From Anaerolineaceae bacterium UBA5404 (GTDB taxonomy: Bacteria > Chloroflexota > Anaerolineae > Anaerolineales > Anaerolineaceae): a DNA stretch of 64,000 nt. Made by a program: the position numbers and the translations under genes. Positions 36,917 to 46,612 of this stretch are shown here, in pieces. Each line of letters starts with the position of its first letter. Positions within the stretch are counted from its first letter, which is position 1. Location: assembly GCA_002409625.1 (NCBI GenBank), contig DHNY01000009.1:38320-102319 (forward strand), in the 5' to 3' direction. The notes beneath the pieces were generated by a model, which saw only the letters and a program-made list of their open reading frames with translations, was not told where the DNA came from and made no database searches.

Positions 36917-37395
36917 GTGTGCCATTGATTTCTTTTTTGATCACGCCGGTGTCCCACCGTGCGTGCTCTTTATATATGTTGCCCCAGGTGAATTATTTAG
37001 CACCCAATCCAACAACACCCTAGGTATTAATTTTGTTTATCGAAAGCCCTTCGGTGAGGACACCGAGGGCATCAGGTTGATAGGATTATTCATTGCTCAT
37101 TGGTGGGGACACCGAGGGCATCGGGGCGATTGTGCTCACCGAGACGAACGAATGTGTTTTTTCGATCACGCCGGTGTCCTCACCGTGCGTGCCATTGATT
37201 ACTTTTTCGATCTCGCCGGTGTCCCCACCGTGCGAGCACATTAGGTCTTTTTGATCTCGCCGGTGTCCCCACCGTGCGAGCACATTAGTTGTTTTCCGCA
37301 TGATTGGACCTTTAGCAGCCAATTAAACAAGTCCCTAAATTGTTGGTTTTAGTACCTCTTAACCCTTCGGTGAGGACACCGAGGGCATCAGGTTA
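36917..37395. repeat. cluster of short interspersed repeats of the same family as 11483-11840
   Basis: GATCNCGCCGGTGTCCYCACCGTGCG units at 36939, 37164, 37209 and 37253 (the last two are 36-nt identical). The inverted partner CCCTTCGGTGAGGACACCGAGGGCATCAGGTT is at 37047 and 37363, with a partial copy at 37102. GTGCCATTGATT is repeated at 36920 and 37189. Confidence 0.9.
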
Positions 37396-37503
37396 CTTGC
37401 CCTCACCTACACGCAGGTACAAACAAGGGTATTTAGCCTGGCGGTCCTGGTTAAGTTGTTCGGCATGGCAAGATGCCATGCCGAAATCAAACCAACAAAA
37501 CTT

Positions 37504-39435
37504 TTACCCCGCTTGTGCCACAAACTGGCTGTTATACAAATCCGCGTAGAAGCCATCTTTCGCCAGAAGTTCATCATGCGTGCCGATTTCAACAATATTG
37601 CCATCACGCAGCACCAAAATGCGGTCGGCATTCTTAATCGTCGAGAGGCGGTGTGCAATCACAAAACTGGTACGCTCCTTCATCAGCTTGGTCATCGCTT
37701 TTTGAATCAAAACTTCCGTACGCGTGTCCACCGAGCTGGTTGCCTCGTCTAAAATCAAGATCGGCGCGTCTGCCAAAACCGCGCGGGCTATCGTCAAAAG
37801 CTGTTTCTGCCCAGCCGAAACGTTGCTGGCATCCTCATTGAGCTCAAAGTCATAACCGCCCGGTAAGGTGCGCGTAAAGTGGTCGGCATACGCCATATCA
37901 GCGGCCTGCATCACCTCTTCATCAGTGGCATCCTGTCGTCCATAGCGGATATTCTCCATAATCGAGCCATTAAACAGCCAGGTATCCTGCAAAACCATCG
38001 CAAATTTAGAGCGTAAAGTCTCGCGGGTCATATCCTTGATGTCAACATCATCAATTTTGATGTAACCACAGCCAATCTCATAAAAACGCATCAAAAGCTT
38101 CACCAAGGTCGTCTTGCCGGCACCGGTGGGTCCAACAATCGCAATTTGTTGCCCGGGTTTAACATCCAGTGAGAACCCGTCCAACACAATTTTTTCTGGG
38201 TCGTAGCCAAAGCAAATGTCATTAAATTCCACGTGCCCAAGCACCTTCTCCACATCCACGGGCTTCTCAGGATCCGGGGTTTCCTCTTTTTCATCCAGGA
38301 ACTCGAACACCCGCTCAGATGCCGCAGCGGTTTGCTGGAGCACGTTTGAAATGTTGGCAATGTTCATCATCGGACCGGTAAAGGAACCCAGGTACTGAAT
38401 AAAAGCCTGAATATCACCCAGGTTGAGCTTACCTTGAACCATCAGATAGCCACCCACCATCGCTACTGCAACATAACCCAGGTTGCTGAACAAGCGCATC
38501 AGGGGCATCATAATATTGGAGATGAACTGCGCGCGCCAGGCACTGTTGTAAAACTCATTATTGAGCGTTTCAAAGTGTTCGACGCTGGCTTCTTCACCGT
38601 TATTGGTCTTGAGCACCACATGCGCACCATACATTTCTTCAACATGCCCGTTGATGTGTCCCAAATAAGCCTGTTGCTTGCGGAAATAACCTTGCGAGCG
38701 TCCCACCACAATACGTATCATGATAATGGTGAGCGGCACAACCGTCAGACCGACCAAGGTCAAGGTAACGTTAATCGTGAGCATCATCACCAAAACACCA
38801 ATCACTGAAGTAACCGAGGTGATAATCTGCGAGAGGCTTTGGTTGAGCGTGTGCCCGATGGTATCCACATCGTTGGTAATGCGCGAAAGCACCTCGCCCT
38901 GGGTAACCCCGTCATAAAAGCTTAGTGGCAAGCGATGCAATTTTTCAGAAAGTTGATTGCGCATGCGGTAGATGATATCTGCCGAGATATGCACCATCAC
39001 CTGCCCCTGCAAAAAACCAAACAGGGCGGACAAACCGTACAAAGAAATCACGCGCAACAAAATGCTGCCAATTTTCGCAAAATCAACGCCTAATGGGTCA
39101 CCACGCACAATGCGCATCACACCGGCATACAATTCCGTGGTTGCTGAGCCTAAGATCTTGGGTCCAAAAATTGAAAACACACTGGAGCCAGCCGCCACAA
39201 GCAAGACGATTAAAATCAACCATTTATACTTACCCAGGTAAGCAATCAAGCGTCGCATACTGCCTTTAAAGTCACGCGCTTTTTCACCGGGCATCATGCC
39301 CGCGCCACCTGGTCCTCGTCTTCGCGGACCACCATGCCCACCCGGCTGTCCGGGTTCAACAGGTTTGGAAGATGCAAAAGCAAATGGGTTTAGGGTTTTC
39401 TTTTCTTCGTTCACAACTCGTTTTTCTTGACTCAT
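37504..39435 (-). CDS. ABC exporter, fused permease/ATPase subunit (type I exporter fold)
   Basis: 643 aa; 6-TM domain then an NBD with Walker A 'GPTGAGKTT', signature 'VSAGQKQLL' and Walker B 'ILILDEATS'; Gly/Pro/Arg-rich N-terminal extension. Confidence 0.9.
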   Translation of the reverse strand: MSQEKRVVNEEKKTLNPFAFASSKPVEPGQPGGHGGPRRRGPGGAGMMPGEKARDFKGSMRRLIAYLGKYKWLILIVLLVAAGSSVFSIFGPKILGSATTELYAGVMRIVRGDPLGVDFAKIGSILLRVISLYGLSALFGFLQGQVMVHISADIIYRMRNQLSEKLHRLPLSFYDGVTQGEVLSRITNDVDTIGHTLNQSLSQIITSVTSVIGVLVMMLTINVTLTLVGLTVVPLTIIMIRIVVGRSQGYFRKQQAYLGHINGHVEEMYGAHVVLKTNNGEEASVEHFETLNNEFYNSAWRAQFISNIMMPLMRLFSNLGYVAVAMVGGYLMVQGKLNLGDIQAFIQYLGSFTGPMMNIANISNVLQQTAAASERVFEFLDEKEETPDPEKPVDVEKVLGHVEFNDICFGYDPEKIVLDGFSLDVKPGQQIAIVGPTGAGKTTLVKLLMRFYEIGCGYIKIDDVDIKDMTRETLRSKFAMVLQDTWLFNGSIMENIRYGRQDATDEEVMQAADMAYADHFTRTLPGGYDFELNEDASNVSAGQKQLLTIARAVLADAPILILDEATSSVDTRTEVLIQKAMTKLMKERTSFVIAHRLSTIKNADRILVLRDGNIVEIGTHDELLAKDGFYADLYNSQFVAQAG

Positions 39436-41675
39436 GCCAACTCCTCCTCGCTCAATTGAGACTGGGCAATTTCCTGATACGTTTGGCAGGTTTTGATCAA
39501 ATCATCATGATGCCCAAGACCCACCAAGCGCCCATTTTCCAGAACCAGAATCTGGTCAGAATTTCGGGCGGTTGACACTCTTTGGGTCACCACAAAGACG
39601 GTTTTATCAGCAATGCGGGGTCTGATAGCTTTGCGTAAAGCCGCATCAGTTTTAAAATCCAGTGCCGAGAAACTGTCATCAAAAATGTAAACTGGGCTGT
39701 CTTTTATGATGGCGCGGGCAATGGAGAGCCTTTGCTTTTGCCCACCCGAAAGGTTTATGCCGGCTTGAGCAACCTCGGTATCCAAACCACTCTCAGAGCT
39801 AAACACAAAATCTGAAGCCTGAGCAACCTCAACCGCGGTTTGCATTTTGTCTTCACTGGCTTCATGGTTACCCACCAAAAGGTTCGACTTAACCGTGCCG
39901 CTAAAGAGCATCCCTCTTTGAGGCGCATAACTGATGTTTTCACGCAGTTCATGTTGGGTCACATCACGGATATCCACCCCATCCAGGGTGATTTTGCCCT
40001 TAGTCACATCAAAAAGACGTGGCAAAAGGTTAATCAAGGTTGATTTACCACTACCGGTTGAGCCAATCACCGCGGTTACTTGCCCTGGCTCAGCTCTAAA
40101 ACTGATATCATGCAAAACGTCTTCTTCAGCACCCGGATAGCGGAAATCCACGTCATGGAATTCAATGACGCCTTGGGTAGGAACAGGAAAACTGAGCGGT
40201 TCAACCGGGTCGAGAATCACATTTTCGCGATCCAAAACGTCAGCGATACGCTCACCAGAAACCGTTGCACGGGGCAAAATGACAAAGAGCATTGAAAGGT
40301 TCAGGAATGCCATCAAAATCTGCATGGCATATTGCATAAAAGCCATCAAATCACCCACCTGCATGCTGGATTGCGCCACCTGATGCGCGCCAACCCAAAT
40401 GATGAGTACTTGCGCACCAGACATGACCAAGGTCATCAATGGCATGATAAAGGACATCGTGCGCCCAATGCCACGCATATTTTTTGCCACATCGATGTTG
40501 GCGTCATCAAAGCGGGATTCTTCAAACCTTTGCTTATTAAAAGCGCGAATGACCAGCATACCTGAAAGATTTTCACGCATAATCAGGTTGAGACGGTCGA
40601 TGAGCAACTGCATGCGTTTAAAGCGAGGGGTTACCAATGCAAAAATCAGTGCCACTAAGAGCACCAGGATGACCACCGCCAATGCAATTGTCCACCACAT
40701 GCTGGGGCTTTTGTCGAAAGCGTTTATCACGCCCAAAATACCAATCAAAGGCGCCTGGAACGCCATGCGAATGAGCATAAAGGACACCATTTGCACTTGT
40801 GCCACGTCATTGGTGGTGCGGGTGATGAGAGAAGCGGTAGAAAAATCGCCGAACTCAGCACTGGAGAAGCTTTCCACTTTCTTGAAAATGGCAGAGCGCA
40901 TATCGCGTGCCACCGCAGTTGAGGTCCGCGCGGCAAAGAAGCTCACCAGAATGGAGCTGATTACCGCCACAATTGAAACACCGATCATCACCGTTCCAAT
41001 TTTGAGAATGTAATTGCTTTGGAACTTAACAATATCCATGCCCATGGCTTTGTACTCATCCACAACCGCACTAATGCTCATTTGGTTGAGAATGGTGCCT
41101 TCAAGCTGGTTCAAATGCCCGCTGATACTATCACGCAATGCCTGACGTTGGTCCTTTGGTAAGGTCTCCAACATCTGCATGATGTCAGTTCCTTCGGTGA
41201 GCTGATCAAATTTAAATGGGAAGTTTTCACCCAAAACCTGTTTGGCTTTTTCGGAATCTTCCTGGATGAGATTAAGTGCCTCAACAACAATCATTGGCTT
41301 GGCAAGCTTTTCCTCAATGGCATCCTTTTCAGCTTTGCTGATTTCTTTCAATACATAAACCGCCTGATCGCTCAAAACCGGGTAGGTTTTTATCAAATCG
41401 GCGGCAGACGTGCTTCCAGGTTCAACCAATGTGTAATGGTCCAAGACCTCTGCCTGGTCTTCCGCTGGCATCATCGTAACCAGACGGTCCATGGTCGATT
41501 GGCGCATCGCCACGGGCAGGCTGCTTTCAACACCGTTCTTTTGAATGCCTGTATTGACAATTTTCGAGAGGTAGTCCGGTAAAGCCAGGTTAGACCAAGC
41601 CACCGCAACCACTAACAAGGCAGCCAAAAGGATGTTGAACCAATAGGGTGTGTAAAATCTTTTTAGTCGCAACAT
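39432..41675 (-). CDS. ABC exporter, fused permease/ATPase subunit with a large insertion after TM1
   Basis: 747 aa; Walker A 'GSTGSGKST', signature 'LSGGQKQRL', Walker B 'VYIFDDSFS'. A hydrophilic segment of about 180 aa lies between the first two TM helices. ATGA-type overlap with the downstream partner. Confidence 0.9.
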   Translation of the reverse strand: MLRLKRFYTPYWFNILLAALLVVAVAWSNLALPDYLSKIVNTGIQKNGVESSLPVAMRQSTMDRLVTMMPAEDQAEVLDHYTLVEPGSTSAADLIKTYPVLSDQAVYVLKEISKAEKDAIEEKLAKPMIVVEALNLIQEDSEKAKQVLGENFPFKFDQLTEGTDIMQMLETLPKDQRQALRDSISGHLNQLEGTILNQMSISAVVDEYKAMGMDIVKFQSNYILKIGTVMIGVSIVAVISSILVSFFAARTSTAVARDMRSAIFKKVESFSSAEFGDFSTASLITRTTNDVAQVQMVSFMLIRMAFQAPLIGILGVINAFDKSPSMWWTIALAVVILVLLVALIFALVTPRFKRMQLLIDRLNLIMRENLSGMLVIRAFNKQRFEESRFDDANIDVAKNMRGIGRTMSFIMPLMTLVMSGAQVLIIWVGAHQVAQSSMQVGDLMAFMQYAMQILMAFLNLSMLFVILPRATVSGERIADVLDRENVILDPVEPLSFPVPTQGVIEFHDVDFRYPGAEEDVLHDISFRAEPGQVTAVIGSTGSGKSTLINLLPRLFDVTKGKITLDGVDIRDVTQHELRENISYAPQRGMLFSGTVKSNLLVGNHEASEDKMQTAVEVAQASDFVFSSESGLDTEVAQAGINLSGGQKQRLSIARAIIKDSPVYIFDDSFSALDFKTDAALRKAIRPRIADKTVFVVTQRVSTARNSDQILVLENGRLVGLGHHDDLIKTCQTYQEIAQSQLSEEELA

Positions 41676-41685
41676 ATCGTTTTAC

Positions 41686-42150
41686 TCATTTCTCAGGCGT
41701 ATTTTCCAGTTCATTTTCTTTGTACTGCTTCATGCGATCCACCAGCTTCTCCAAAGCGCCAGCGATAGGCTCAGCCTCACTTGGCTCAATAGTCTCGCAA
41801 AAAAGATCAATCCAGGCATGCCGGGCTTGCTTGGAATCCTGAATCAGCTTTAAACCAGCATCGGTCAAGCTAAGCAATTTGGAACGCCTGTCTTCAGGGT
41901 CTTCTTCGCGGTGGACCAGGTTCAATTCAACCAGTCGGTCAATCATTTGCGAAGCAGCCGCTTTACTAATGCCCATATGACAAGACAGCGTATTAACCGT
42001 ACACCGCTTATGATGGTGGATGAAAAACAAACTGTTCATCTGCGCGAAACTATAGCCGTTTTCGTGGATGAATTTCCGGTTGTTTTCCATGGATTGGCGG
42101 GTGGCTAGTTCCGCCCAGGTGTGTAGAATTTTAGATAAGGTTTCAGACAT
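41686..42150 (-). CDS. MarR family transcriptional regulator
   Basis: 154 aa; winged HTH 'LSCHMGISKAAASQMIDRLVELNLVHREEDPEDRRSKLLSLT'. Confidence 0.85.
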   Translation of the reverse strand: MSETLSKILHTWAELATRQSMENNRKFIHENGYSFAQMNSLFFIHHHKRCTVNTLSCHMGISKAAASQMIDRLVELNLVHREEDPEDRRSKLLSLTDAGLKLIQDSKQARHAWIDLFCETIEPSEAEPIAGALEKLVDRMKQYKENELENTPEK

Positions 42151-42180
42151 CGTGCACTCCTAGATAGTAAACAGGAGTGA

Positions 42181-42209
42181 ACTATAAAGCTAACTTAACT
42201 AAATGTCAA
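42181..42209 (-). promoter_or_regulatory. putative promoter of the marR-ABC operon, with a downstream inverted repeat
   Basis: Minus strand TTGACA (42209-42204), 17-nt spacer, TATAGT (42186-42181). The 7-bp inverted repeat CACTCCT/AGGAGTG at 42155-42178 overlaps the RBS. Confidence 0.55.
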
Positions 42210-42272
42210 GATGTTTTACAAGCTTTGCCTGAGGCATGTTCGCATGCTTATAAGGCAATTATTCTTTGAGGC

Positions 42273-43757
42273 TTAGACCCAATCATAGCTGCGGCTTATG
42301 GCTTTGTGCCAACCGGCAAGCAAGGACTTTCGCGTTTCTTCATCCATGCCAGGAAGCCATTGCTCCCTGGCTTGCCAGGTTTTTTTGAGCTCAGCCAAGT
42401 CTGACCAAAAACCAATTGCCAAACCCGCCGCAAAAGCAGCCCCCAATGCTGTGGTTTCATCAACCTGTGGCCTTAAAACCGGAATATTGAGGATATCCGC
42501 CTGAAACTGCATCAGCAAACGGTTCTGCACCATGCCGCCATCGACTTTTAAGGTGCTCAGGCTTACCGCGCTGTCTTTGCGCATGGCTTCAAAAACATCA
42601 GCAGTTTGATAGGCAGTGGCTTCGAGCGCGGCCCGGGCGATATGTCCGGCACTGGTAAAGCGGGTCATCCCAGCAATCACGCCACGCGCATCCGATCGCC
42701 AATAAGGCGCAAACAAGCCAGAAAAAGCCGGCACAAAGTAAACCCCGCTGTTATCCTCCACGCTGGAAGCAAGAGCTTCAATTTCATCTGACGCTTTGAT
42801 GATGCCCAAATTGTCACGCAACCATTGCACCAAAGCGCCGGCAATGGCAACGGAACCCTCTAAGGCATAAACCGCCGGCTGTCCCTTAATTTGAAATGCC
42901 ATTGTGGTGAGTAAACCATTTTGACTAAAGATAGGCTTTTCGCCAGTGTTCATCAACATAAAACAGCCCGTGCCGTAAGTGTTTTTTGCTTCTCCCGGCT
43001 CAAAGCAACATTGACCAAAAAGCGCGGCGTGCTGGTCGCCCAAATTACCGGAGATGGGCACACCTTTCAAGACCGGGTGGGCAACTTCGCCATAAATCTC
43101 ACTAGAGCTGCGGATTTCGGGCAAAACCTGGCGGGGAACATCAAAAGCTTTTAGCATCTCAGCGTCCCATTCCAGGCTGTTGATGTTCATAAGGAAAGTA
43201 CGCGACGCATTGCTCACATCGGTAATATGCAAGCCGCCGCTCAGTTTCCAAATAAACCAGGTATCCATCGTGCCAAAGAGCAAATCCCCTGCTTCGGCGC
43301 GCTCACGCGCTTTGGGCACATTTTTCAAAATCCAATGCAACTTCGAGGCAGAAAAATAAGGGTTTGCTGGCAATCCTAAGCGCGCTTGTAGCTTTGAAGC
43401 GCCGTGTTCGCGTTCAAAATCAACCATAAACGCCGCGGTGCGGGTATCCTGCCAGACAATAGCGTTGTAAATGGGCAAACCGGTGTGCTTATCCCAAACG
43501 AGTGTGGTTTCACGCTGGTTGGTGATGCCCATTGCGGCAATGTCTTCAATGCTGGCAGAAGCCTGTTGCAAACAAGCCGTAATCAGCTCAAGCACATTAT
43601 GCCAAATCTCAAGCGCGTCATGCTCCACCCAGCCGGCTTTTGGCATAATCTGGCGGTGTTCCTTACGTAAAATAGCCACAATATGGGCTTGCTTATCAAA
43701 AAGCGCGCAGCACGTGCTGGTTGTTCCTTGATCAATGGCGAGAATGTATTTTTTCAT
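42273..43757 (-). CDS. glpK: glycerol kinase
   Basis: '[20 protein letters not shown]', '[14 protein letters not shown]', '[13 protein letters not shown]'; start set at MKKYIL (43757) rather than the track start at 43787. Confidence 0.95.
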   Translation of the reverse strand: MKKYILAIDQGTTSTCCALFDKQAHIVAILRKEHRQIMPKAGWVEHDALEIWHNVLELITACLQQASASIEDIAAMGITNQRETTLVWDKHTGLPIYNAIVWQDTRTAAFMVDFEREHGASKLQARLGLPANPYFSASKLHWILKNVPKARERAEAGDLLFGTMDTWFIWKLSGGLHITDVSNASRTFLMNINSLEWDAEMLKAFDVPRQVLPEIRSSSEIYGEVAHPVLKGVPISGNLGDQHAALFGQCCFEPGEAKNTYGTGCFMLMNTGEKPIFSQNGLLTTMAFQIKGQPAVYALEGSVAIAGALVQWLRDNLGIIKASDEIEALASSVEDNSGVYFVPAFSGLFAPYWRSDARGVIAGMTRFTSAGHIARAALEATAYQTADVFEAMRKDSAVSLSTLKVDGGMVQNRLLMQFQADILNIPVLRPQVDETTALGAAFAAGLAIGFWSDLAELKKTWQAREQWLPGMDEETRKSLLAGWHKAISRSYDWV

Positions 43758-43837
43758 GTTGCCTCCGATATGACACAATAATACCAAGTTGTCATAGAAT
43801 TAGGGTAATTGCTTTTGCATTAGCATTCAGGAGAATT

Positions 43838-45334
43838 ATGTCAAAAAACGAGTATGACATTCTAATTATTGGTGGAGGTGTGGTGGGCAGTATGATTGCC
43901 CGCTGGCTCTCCCGTTATGAGCTGCGCTTATTGCTCATCGAAAAAGAGGCTGACTTGTGCATGGGTTCCTCTGCGGCAAATACTGCCATTATCCATGCCG
44001 GATATGACCCTGTTCCGGGTTCACTCAAAGCCACCTTGAATGTGCGCGGCAACGCGATGTATAACCAGCTTTCCGCCGAGCTTGGTTTCGCCTTTGAACG
44101 CCCAGGAGATATGGTTGTGGCTGTTGGTGAAGAAGAATGGCCAAACCTGCTGGCGCTCCACGAATTTGGCAAACAAAACGCGGTGCCCGACATGCATCTG
44201 TTTGACGCCGCGGAAGTTAAAAAACGTGAGCCTCACATCAACCCCAATGCCATTGGCGCGCTTTGGGCAGGCACAACCGGCATTGTGGATCCTTTCCAGG
44301 CAACCATCGCCGCTGCTGAAAACGCCGTGATGAATGGCGCAGAAGTCTTGCTCAACACAGCTTTTACAGATTTCATCATCGAAAAGAAACGGGTTGTTGG
44401 CGTTAAAACAACCCGGGGCGAGATGAGAGCACGCTGGGTCATTAACGCTGCCGGCATTTACGCCGATGCGGTGATGCACAAAGCCAACACTGGCAAAGAC
44501 TTCAAAATCACACCCAGACGCGGTGAGTATTTTGTGTTTGACCCCGCGGACGTGCAAATCAATAACGTGCTCTTCCCGGTACCCAGTGCCAAAGGCAAAG
44601 GCATTTTGGTAACCACCACGGTGCACGGCAACACCATCGCCGGACCAAACGCCCAGGTCATTGATGACAAAGAAGACACCGCCACCACAAGTGCTGGTAT
44701 GGACGAAGTTATTGCCGGCGCGCAAAAACTCATCCCCAGCATCAACCCACGCTTCACCATCGCCACTTTTGCCGGTTTGCGGGCGATGGGCAACGCAGCC
44801 TGCAAAACACCTGGCGTAAATTACCATGCTGATTTTCTGATTGAGGTCTCGCCAGAAATTGGTGGGCTGATTAACGTCGCGGGTATCGAATCACCCGGAC
44901 TTTCCGCCTCACCTGCGATTGCTGAGTATGTGATCGAAGTTCTTAAAGATGCCGGTGAAACGCTCATTGAGAAGAAAGACTGGAACCCCATCAGACCCGC
45001 CCGACCAAGATTCCGCGAATTGAGTCATGCCCAACGGCAGGAACTGGTCAAGCTTGATCCGGCTTACGCGCGGGTAATTTGCCGCTGTGAGAACATCACC
45101 GAAGCAGAAATCGTGCGTGAAATTCATGCGCCAATCCCCGCCACCACTTATGACGCCATCAAACGACGCACTTGGTTGGGCACAGGACGCTGCCAAGGCG
45201 GTTTCGACTCGCCTTTAATAAGCAAAATCTTAGCGCGTGAGTTAAAACTTTCTGAATTGGAAATCAGCAAGCGTGGTGAGGGATCAAACTTTTTGTTCCG
45301 CGAAACCAAATCTGTTGAGGAGCTCGAGCGATGA
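43838..45334 (+). CDS. FAD-dependent glycerol-3-phosphate dehydrogenase/oxidase-like protein with a C-terminal BFD-like [2Fe-2S] domain
   Basis: 'YDILIIGGGVVGSMIARWLS' dinucleotide fold and 'CRCENITEAEI...GTGRCQGGFD' BFD-like Cys motif; real start is the ATG at 43838 (GGAG RBS), and the track N-terminal extension overlaps glpK. Confidence 0.8.
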   Translation: MSKNEYDILIIGGGVVGSMIARWLSRYELRLLLIEKEADLCMGSSAANTAIIHAGYDPVPGSLKATLNVRGNAMYNQLSAELGFAFERPGDMVVAVGEEEWPNLLALHEFGKQNAVPDMHLFDAAEVKKREPHINPNAIGALWAGTTGIVDPFQATIAAAENAVMNGAEVLLNTAFTDFIIEKKRVVGVKTTRGEMRARWVINAAGIYADAVMHKANTGKDFKITPRRGEYFVFDPADVQINNVLFPVPSAKGKGILVTTTVHGNTIAGPNAQVIDDKEDTATTSAGMDEVIAGAQKLIPSINPRFTIATFAGLRAMGNAACKTPGVNYHADFLIEVSPEIGGLINVAGIESPGLSASPAIAEYVIEVLKDAGETLIEKKDWNPIRPARPRFRELSHAQRQELVKLDPAYARVICRCENITEAEIVREIHAPIPATTYDAIKRRTWLGTGRCQGGFDSPLISKILARELKLSELEISKRGEGSNFLFRETKSVEELER

Positions 45335-46611
45335 AAGAAAGCTATGATGTGGTTGTAATTGGCGCTGGACCGGCTGGTTTGGCAAGCGCGATAGAAGCAA
45401 AAAAATCCGGCGCGGATAAGGTTTTGGTCATTGAACGCGACCGCGAGCCAGGTGGCATTTTGTTGCAATGCATTCATAACGGGTTTGGCTTGCATACTTT
45501 CAAAGAAGATTTGCCCGGACCTGCTTACGCCCAACGCTTTATAGACGAAGCTGCCTCAGTTGGCGTTGACCTTCTTTTGGACACCATGGTGATGGAGGTC
45601 TCTGAAGAGCGGCAATTATGGCTCTCGAGTGCCTCTAAAGGTTACTTTAGCCTGGATGCCAAGGCGGTGGTTTTGGCCATGGGCTGCCGCGAACGCACCC
45701 GCGCTCAAATCCGCATCCCTGGTATGCGTCCTTCGGGCGTTTTCACTGCCGGCACAGCACAACGCTGGGTCAACGTTGAGGGTTATATGCCCGGCAAGCG
45801 CTTTGTCATTTTGGGCTCTGGCGATATTGGCATGATTATGGCGCGCCGTCTGACCCTTGAAGGGGCTAAAGTTGAAAGCGTGCTTGAGGTGCAAAACTAC
45901 CTTTCGGGTCTCATGCGCAACTATGTGCAATGCCTTGAAGACTGGAACGTGCCTCTGCATTTACGACATACCGTCAAGCGCGTCATCGGCAAAAACCGCG
46001 TTGAAGCTGTCGAGGCTGTGGCGGTGGATGAAAAATGGCAATTCATCCCCGGTACTGAGAGGATTATCCCCTGCGACACGCTCTTGCTTTCGGTTGGGCT
46101 GATTCCTGAGAATGAATTGAGTAAAAAGGCAGGTGTCAGGCTTGATCCCATTACCGGTGGTCCAGTTGTAGACCAAAACTTCCAAACCAATTTAGCTGGC
46201 GTCTTTGCCGCAGGAAACGTGGTGCATGTGTATGACCTGGTTGACTACGTATCCGAAGCCGGTGACCAAGCCGGAAAAGCTGCAGCCTTGTTTGCACAGT
46301 CACTTTTGACCCCCGCCAAGAAAACCATCCCGGTGAAAGCCGGAAAAAACGTGCGCTATGTGGTTCCCCACACATTAGACCCCCTGGCACTGGAGAAAGA
46401 AGACATCGTTTTGCAATGCCGGGTGAGCCAACCCATTGAAGAAGACGTTTGGTTTGAAGTGCGCAATGAAACCCAGTCCATCGTGCGCAGATCAGACCGT
46501 TACGCGCGTCCTGGTGAGATGGTGAGCGTCAAGTTAACCCCGTCCATGTTCGCGGATGTGATGCAAGCTGATGCGTTGACCCTGGATATTTATGCAAAAT
46601 CGGAGGCATAA
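45331..46611 (+). CDS. FAD/NAD(P)-binding pyridine nucleotide-disulfide oxidoreductase-like subunit
   Basis: 'YDVVVIGAGPAGLASA' and a second Rossmann 'RFVILGSGDIGMIMA'; ATGA overlap with the upstream gene. Confidence 0.8.
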   Translation: MKESYDVVVIGAGPAGLASAIEAKKSGADKVLVIERDREPGGILLQCIHNGFGLHTFKEDLPGPAYAQRFIDEAASVGVDLLLDTMVMEVSEERQLWLSSASKGYFSLDAKAVVLAMGCRERTRAQIRIPGMRPSGVFTAGTAQRWVNVEGYMPGKRFVILGSGDIGMIMARRLTLEGAKVESVLEVQNYLSGLMRNYVQCLEDWNVPLHLRHTVKRVIGKNRVEAVEAVAVDEKWQFIPGTERIIPCDTLLLSVGLIPENELSKKAGVRLDPITGGPVVDQNFQTNLAGVFAAGNVVHVYDLVDYVSEAGDQAGKAAALFAQSLLTPAKKTIPVKAGKNVRYVVPHTLDPLALEKEDIVLQCRVSQPIEEDVWFEVRNETQSIVRRSDRYARPGEMVSVKLTPSMFADVMQADALTLDIYAKSEA

Positions 46612-46612
46612 G

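Noticed and set aside
36915-37322. Track ORFs 36915-37244 (+) and 37086-37322 (-)
   Set aside because: Both lie entirely within the short-repeat cluster. They have no RBS, and their composition is driven by the repeated GCCGGTGTCC/CACCGAGGGC motifs, so they are judged non-coding.
43721-43837. N-terminal extensions in the track ORFs
   Set aside because: Examples are 43721 for the GlpA-like gene, 55548-55781 for serpin 2, 54098-54208 for serpin 1, 43758-43787 for glpK, 51811-51858 for DegV and 46592-46612 for DUF1667. The extensions overlap neighbouring genes or lack an RBS. In each case an internal ATG has a good Shine-Dalgarno sequence and gives the expected family N-terminus (signal peptide, Rossmann fold and so on).
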